This document shows, piece by piece, positions 59,401-64,000 of a stretch of 64,000 nt of DNA. The first letter of the stretch is position 1. Each line of letters opens with the position of its first letter. The stretch covers positions 24,304,001 to 24,368,000 of the forward strand of contig CM022665.1 in assembly GCA_012295275.1 (NCBI GenBank). The letters run 5' to 3'. The position numbers and the translations under genes are program-made. The stretch comes from Chrysomallon squamiferum. Its lineage: Eukaryota; Animalia; Mollusca. The notes below the pieces were generated by a model. That model was given only the letters and a program-made list of their open reading frames with translations. It made no database searches and was not told the origin of the DNA.

Positions 59401-60488
59401 AAGATGTTAAATATCAACAAAATGCAAACTCAATACTAGCATTTCCATGTGGTGGCTGCCACAGGCTGCTCCAACATGTGTTAACTTGACAGAGTTATGA
59501 ACAAACCTCACTCACAAGAGAGCTTCTGTCTGCCAGCAGACTGTTTGATTGCAAAAGTGTTTTGAATATTAAACAGTCCGTCAGGGGTAGAGGAACACAA
59601 AAGAATTTGTTTTTTGTTTTGGTAGCATTTTTTTTTTTTAATCAGCACAATTTTGTGTACAAATTTAAATTTTTTAAATTTTTTTATTATTAATTTTTTT
59701 TAACATGTAGAAAGTTATTTTACAATTTTTGTATTATAGTTTGAATATTGGTTAATTTTGAACTGATATTATTTATTTATTTATTTATTTATTGCTATTT
59801 ATTTGTCTGTTTGTTTGTTTGTCAGTTTATTTATTTATTGTATTTATTTTTACTTTTCCATTTTTTGTAACTGTAAGATAAAACTAAAAGTCAAAATTAA
59901 ATGGGTATGTACATAAGATCATTTTAATTCAGAATTTATTTTTTTAAGTTCTTGCAAAAGAAAACAAGAACAGTTCAGTAATATTTTAAATAAAAACTAA
60001 AGACAGTTTCAGAAATAATAACACAGAACTGTTTAAAAAAAATTCCAAAAAAACCCTCCATAAACCCATTATATTTATATCAAAAAGTTATATATAAAAA
60101 AAATAATAATAATAAAACTGTAAAAAAGTAAAAGTGTGTAATAAAATTACAGAATATTTTAAATGTTCAGTAACTCATTTACCAATTAAACATGCAATAA
60201 GTCAACACTTTGGTGACATACACAGTGATAAATTACGGCACATTTAACAAGTTTAGCATGAATTAACAAGTTTACAACTTAGACTAACAAGGTGTTACAA
60301 CACACACAGTATACCACCTTGGAGCAATACAGATCAGTAATACATACGTTGGTTGGTACATTATAGATTTTATGGATTCCTGCAAAGTTGGATGGGACTG
60401 GCCTTGAACAAGAAGTCTGCTTGGTATAAACTCTTTATCATTAGCCTAATTCTCGTGAATCTTAATGATCATGTAATGTGTTTTTCAG

Positions 60489-60651
60489 AGACAGTAAGAT
60501 CGCCCAACTTCTTCGAGATTCCCTCGGTAGCATGTCTTGCCGTACATGTATGATAGCACACGTGTCAGCCGGGATACCGCACTACAACGAAACACTGCAG
60601 GTGATTCAGCTAGCAGCACGCATACACAGGATGAAGAGGCGACGTACCAAG
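60489..60651 (+). CDS. KIF26: KIF26-like kinesin exon F, end of motor domain (DSKIAQLLRDSLGSMSCRTCMIAHVS...YNETLQVIQLAARIHRMKRRRTK)
   Basis: Acceptor tttttcag ends at 60488 and donor gtgaga starts at 60652. The exon is 163 nt, phase 2-0. It matches the kinesin RDSKLTxLLxDSLG and ETL motifs. Confidence 0.95.
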
Positions 60652-60669
60652 GTGAGATCCTGATCGTAG

Positions 60670-61070
60670 TTTTCAGTTCTTTGCTGTATTTTACTGTACC
60701 CCTCAGTTCACAGTTCACAGTTCAGCATTAATGTACAGTCATTATGGAGGTTTTTCACTTTTTTGCTGTACTTTATTTATTTTATTTTTTTTCAAAGTTC
60801 ACAGTTCTTTTGTAAAGTTGAGTCATAATGGAAGTTTTTCACTTCTTTGCTGTACTTTACTGTTTATCAGAATAATTTACAGTTCTAATGGCAGTTTTTA
60901 CTTCTTTTCTGTACTTTGCTTTTTTTTTTGACAGTTCAGAGTTATGCTGCAGTGTACAGTTGTAATGGAACTTTTCAGTTGTTTGCTGTATTTTACTGTT
61001 TTCTACAGTTCACAGTTCAGCTATTATGTACAGTCATAATGGACATTTTCATTTCTTTCCTGTTGTTTAC
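60670..61070. repeat. Decayed minisatellite directly after exon F
   Basis: Recurring tacagtcataatggaagtttttcacttctttgctgtacttt and cagttcacagttca. Confidence 0.75.
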
Positions 61071-61796
61071 TTTTTCAAAATGGTTTATTTCATTCATTCT
61101 TTATTTATTTATTTATTTTTATTTATTTATTTATTTATTTATTTATTATTGTTATTGTTTTTTTTTTTTTTTTTTTCTCACTGTTCTTCTTAGTATAGCT
61201 TAGTTCTAATGCTTGTTATGACTTTTTTTTTTTTTCTTTCTAAATTTCTAAATTTTTTAGTTTTTAACTGTTAATCACAGTTCATGGATTCTGCTGGTGG
61301 TAGTTTTTGGTTATTCAGTGGTTTTGCACTACATAACAATAAAAAGCATTAGCTTAAAAAATTAATTTAAGAAAAAGAAAAATAGAAATGTAAATGAGTC
61401 TCATGAATACATAGGTGTTTAAAATGTCATTTATTTAAGCTTTCTTTATTCTTTTTTCCTTTTCCTTTCTTTCTTTTTTTTTTCCTTTTCTTTTTTAAAA
61501 AAGAAAAAGAAAATACTTTTTCTATAAATCTGGCAAATCATTTAAACTGACTTTAAAAAATATAGTGAAAGAACCATTCCATGAACTTCAGGAAATATAT
61601 TACTTACTTTATCTGACAGAATGACATAATTTTACACTAATCAGATGAAGGAAAAGTTAAAGTAACCTAACTGCTAAATAGAAAGTATCAAATTGTTAGA
61701 TGAATATTCTGCTTTGAGAATAATTCTCTAGTATTTTGCCATCATAAATAAGTTAATCCACAGATTACATTTTTTTTTTTCTAAATTTCTTGTTTT

Positions 61797-61827
<31 letters not shown>

Positions 61828-63138
61828 ACAACAGAAATGAAAACATATTGTCTCTAATTTTGTATAAATTTATAATTAAATAAGTTCATAAGTTCATTAA
61901 TATAATATTTTATCATTAATTCATGTAATATTTTGATGTGTGCTGCACAGTTACAAGACTATATACTCATAGTTTGAACAAGATATTCTTTATTCTTTGT
62001 AAAATATTCATCATAGTTTTTTTATGTTTTTCATACTGAATTGTCAGCAGTTTTTTGAAATCCAGTTTTGAACTTTGTTTTCCAATAATAACAGAGTAAA
62101 CACTACAACAAATAAACTTGATAGTAATGTAAATTGATCGAAATCTCAATAAACATCTATTCTAAATTTGTGCCAGTTTGGAGAATAGATAAAACAAACA
62201 AATAGTAAAAAAAAAAAAAAAAAAAAGAATATTCTTTTACAAATACACAATCATTTATCTAATTTATAGCGTTAAGTTATTTTTTGACGATCTGAAACAT
62301 TATCATGAAATAGCAGAATATGTAATGATTTTTTCACATAAAATTGAGCAATCCTTGTAAGTGAGAGATCAATACTGTTTTTTATCATTGATAAACAGAA
62401 AAAAAAAACATCTTTGTATTGATTCTCATTCTTCTTTTCCATCGAGCAACAAACTTCGTCACCGCCGATTAGAGATATTAATCTATAGAATTCACAGTAC
62501 TTAATAACAGCACTGTTATTCCAAACATGTACCTTTCAAGTCAGAATTGATCTCCAAGGAATGGTTATGTTTTATAGGTACTGACATAAAGCGTTTATTA
62601 TTACACTATAGTGGCGCCTGTGATCCAAACAGCAGTCATCCTTTTATCTACCCATTCAGCTATCACTTGATGTGCACACTACTTATTGTGGCAGTTGATG
62701 GCTAAGAGAGGTTTTGTCACTCGTAATGCTGTTACAAGATTAGCAGCCTTTGAAAGGTGTTTGTTTTTAGGAAGCCACTTCGTCAGTGGGTGATTGGCAT
62801 TTACTTTAAGCTCATTGTCACAGCGACTCCACGCATGTTACAGCTTGCTTTTCTTCTCTAGTTATTTTAGCTGAGTGTGTTAAACTGATAGAGTTTATTA
62901 AATAAATCATAAAATTATTTTTGATTTTATTCTTGTTATCCATTTCAATTTTAATTTTTTTAAGCTTATATATTTATATATATATACAGGCAGCCATCAA
63001 GTGACAGATTAATAATATAACAAGTTGATTCCAATTACCCAACAAAAATTCTTTTAAAATAAAGGTAAAATCTATAATTGTACCTGTATTGTTTTGTAAT
63101 GAACTGTGTTTTAAAATGATATTTATTTTATGCTTCAG

Positions 63139-64000
63139 TTTTCAAGCACAAGTTCAGAAGACAGCTCTACAGATGAGAGCTGTCACTTTCGGAGGCCCTA
63201 TCGAGGATTACGAATGGGAACATTACGCGAAGACATCCTCTACTCATCTTCTCACTCAGACCCAGACTACACTTCTAGTAGTGAGCAGTCATGTGACACA
63301 GTCATCTACCTTGGTGCTAATGGACAGTCACTTAGTGATCGTGAACTCACTGACAATGAAGGCCCACCTCGTCATGTGCCTCGCACCAATCCTCGGTTAC
63401 CCAGGAGACCAAGTGGATCGAGGTCTTCTGGTGATGATTCTGATAGTGGAAGAAGTGTGACATATTCTGAACCAAGGAATGGTTATGAATCTCGTCTCCC
63501 TGTCAGATCATCCACTCCTGTTCGCAATCTTCAGATGAATGACAAGCCTCAAGTTCATTCAGCTCCAGGGTCACCAAGACCAGGCATGGCCATGCCTCAC
63601 AGCAGAAATGATCCAAGGACAAAAGGTGTCTTTACAAAACCTCAACTTCCTACTGAAATAAAAGAAATAAACTCCCACTGGTCAGAAAAGATGAGACAGC
63701 ACATGCCTCATCACTCTGGGAAAAAGCATGCAAGGAATCCCCAAGAATCTGGTCCCATTCAGGGGGAACAGTGGGTAGATGGGCCAGGTGCTGCCATTTA
63801 CCCAGAAAAAAAGAAGTCTAAAGAATTATGGGTGGATGGTCCTCAGGCCTTCATGGTTGCATCACCTGAGCCTACAAAAACAGAAAGCAAGAGATCAGTA
63901 ATAAATCGCAAAGTTAGTTCTGAAGAACAGTGGGTTGATGGTCCTCAAGAAATGATCGCTGGACCAAAGACCTCAAAAGAGGAAGTGCCTGTTCAATTGC
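63139..64000 (+). CDS. KIF26: KIF26-like kinesin exon G, start of the long Ser/Pro-rich tail, truncated by the window end
   Basis: Acceptor cttcag ends at 63138, phase 0. The frame is open for 287 codons to the window edge: FSSTSSEDSSTDESC...DPDYTSSSEQSCDTVIYLGANGQSLSDRELTDNEGPP.... The latter part is the conserved post-motor KIF26 block. Confidence 0.95.

Noticed and set aside
60353-60731. Several ORFs overlapping exon F on both strands
   Set aside because: They are explained by the locally higher GC content, and no product is recognisable.
63089-63460. 123-aa ORF overlapping exon G in another frame (reachable through a cryptic AG at 63157)
   Set aside because: It is a shadow frame of the real exon. 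The conserved KIF26 motif is in the 63139 frame, and nothing supports use of the cryptic acceptor.
63436-63462. DSDSGRSVT as a beta-TrCP degron
   Set aside because: It does not fit the canonical DSGxxS spacing, and Ser/Asp-rich tails give such matches easily.

Overview
This is AT-rich, strongly CpG-depleted animal genomic DNA. It is most likely an invertebrate, possibly a mollusc (inferred from composition, protein divergence and repeat style). The whole window lies inside one large + strand gene encoding a KIF26-family (kinesin-11, KIF26A/B / vab-8-like) atypical kinesin. Six short exons (14412-14615, 22812-22905, 37630-37827, 45192-45440, 51974-52118, 60489-60651) splice in frame through GT-AG introns of 6.5-14.7 kb and give 351 codons of motor domain with degenerate P-loop and switch motifs. 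After a 2.5-kb intron, a large seventh exon starts at 63139 and runs off the window. It carries the KIF26 signature SSSEQSCDTVIY...LSDRELTDNEGPP, an SRLP motif and three E[QL]WVDGP repeats. The gene's 5' and 3' ends are probably outside the window. The introns hold microsatellites, decayed minisatellites, fragments of a dispersed SINE-like repeat and several short CpG-retaining patches that look regulatory. I found no convincing wholly new system. The best leads are a candidate alternative first exon, a possible internal promoter for a motor-less isoform, the repeated WVDGP motif and GT-initiated frame-preserving exons.
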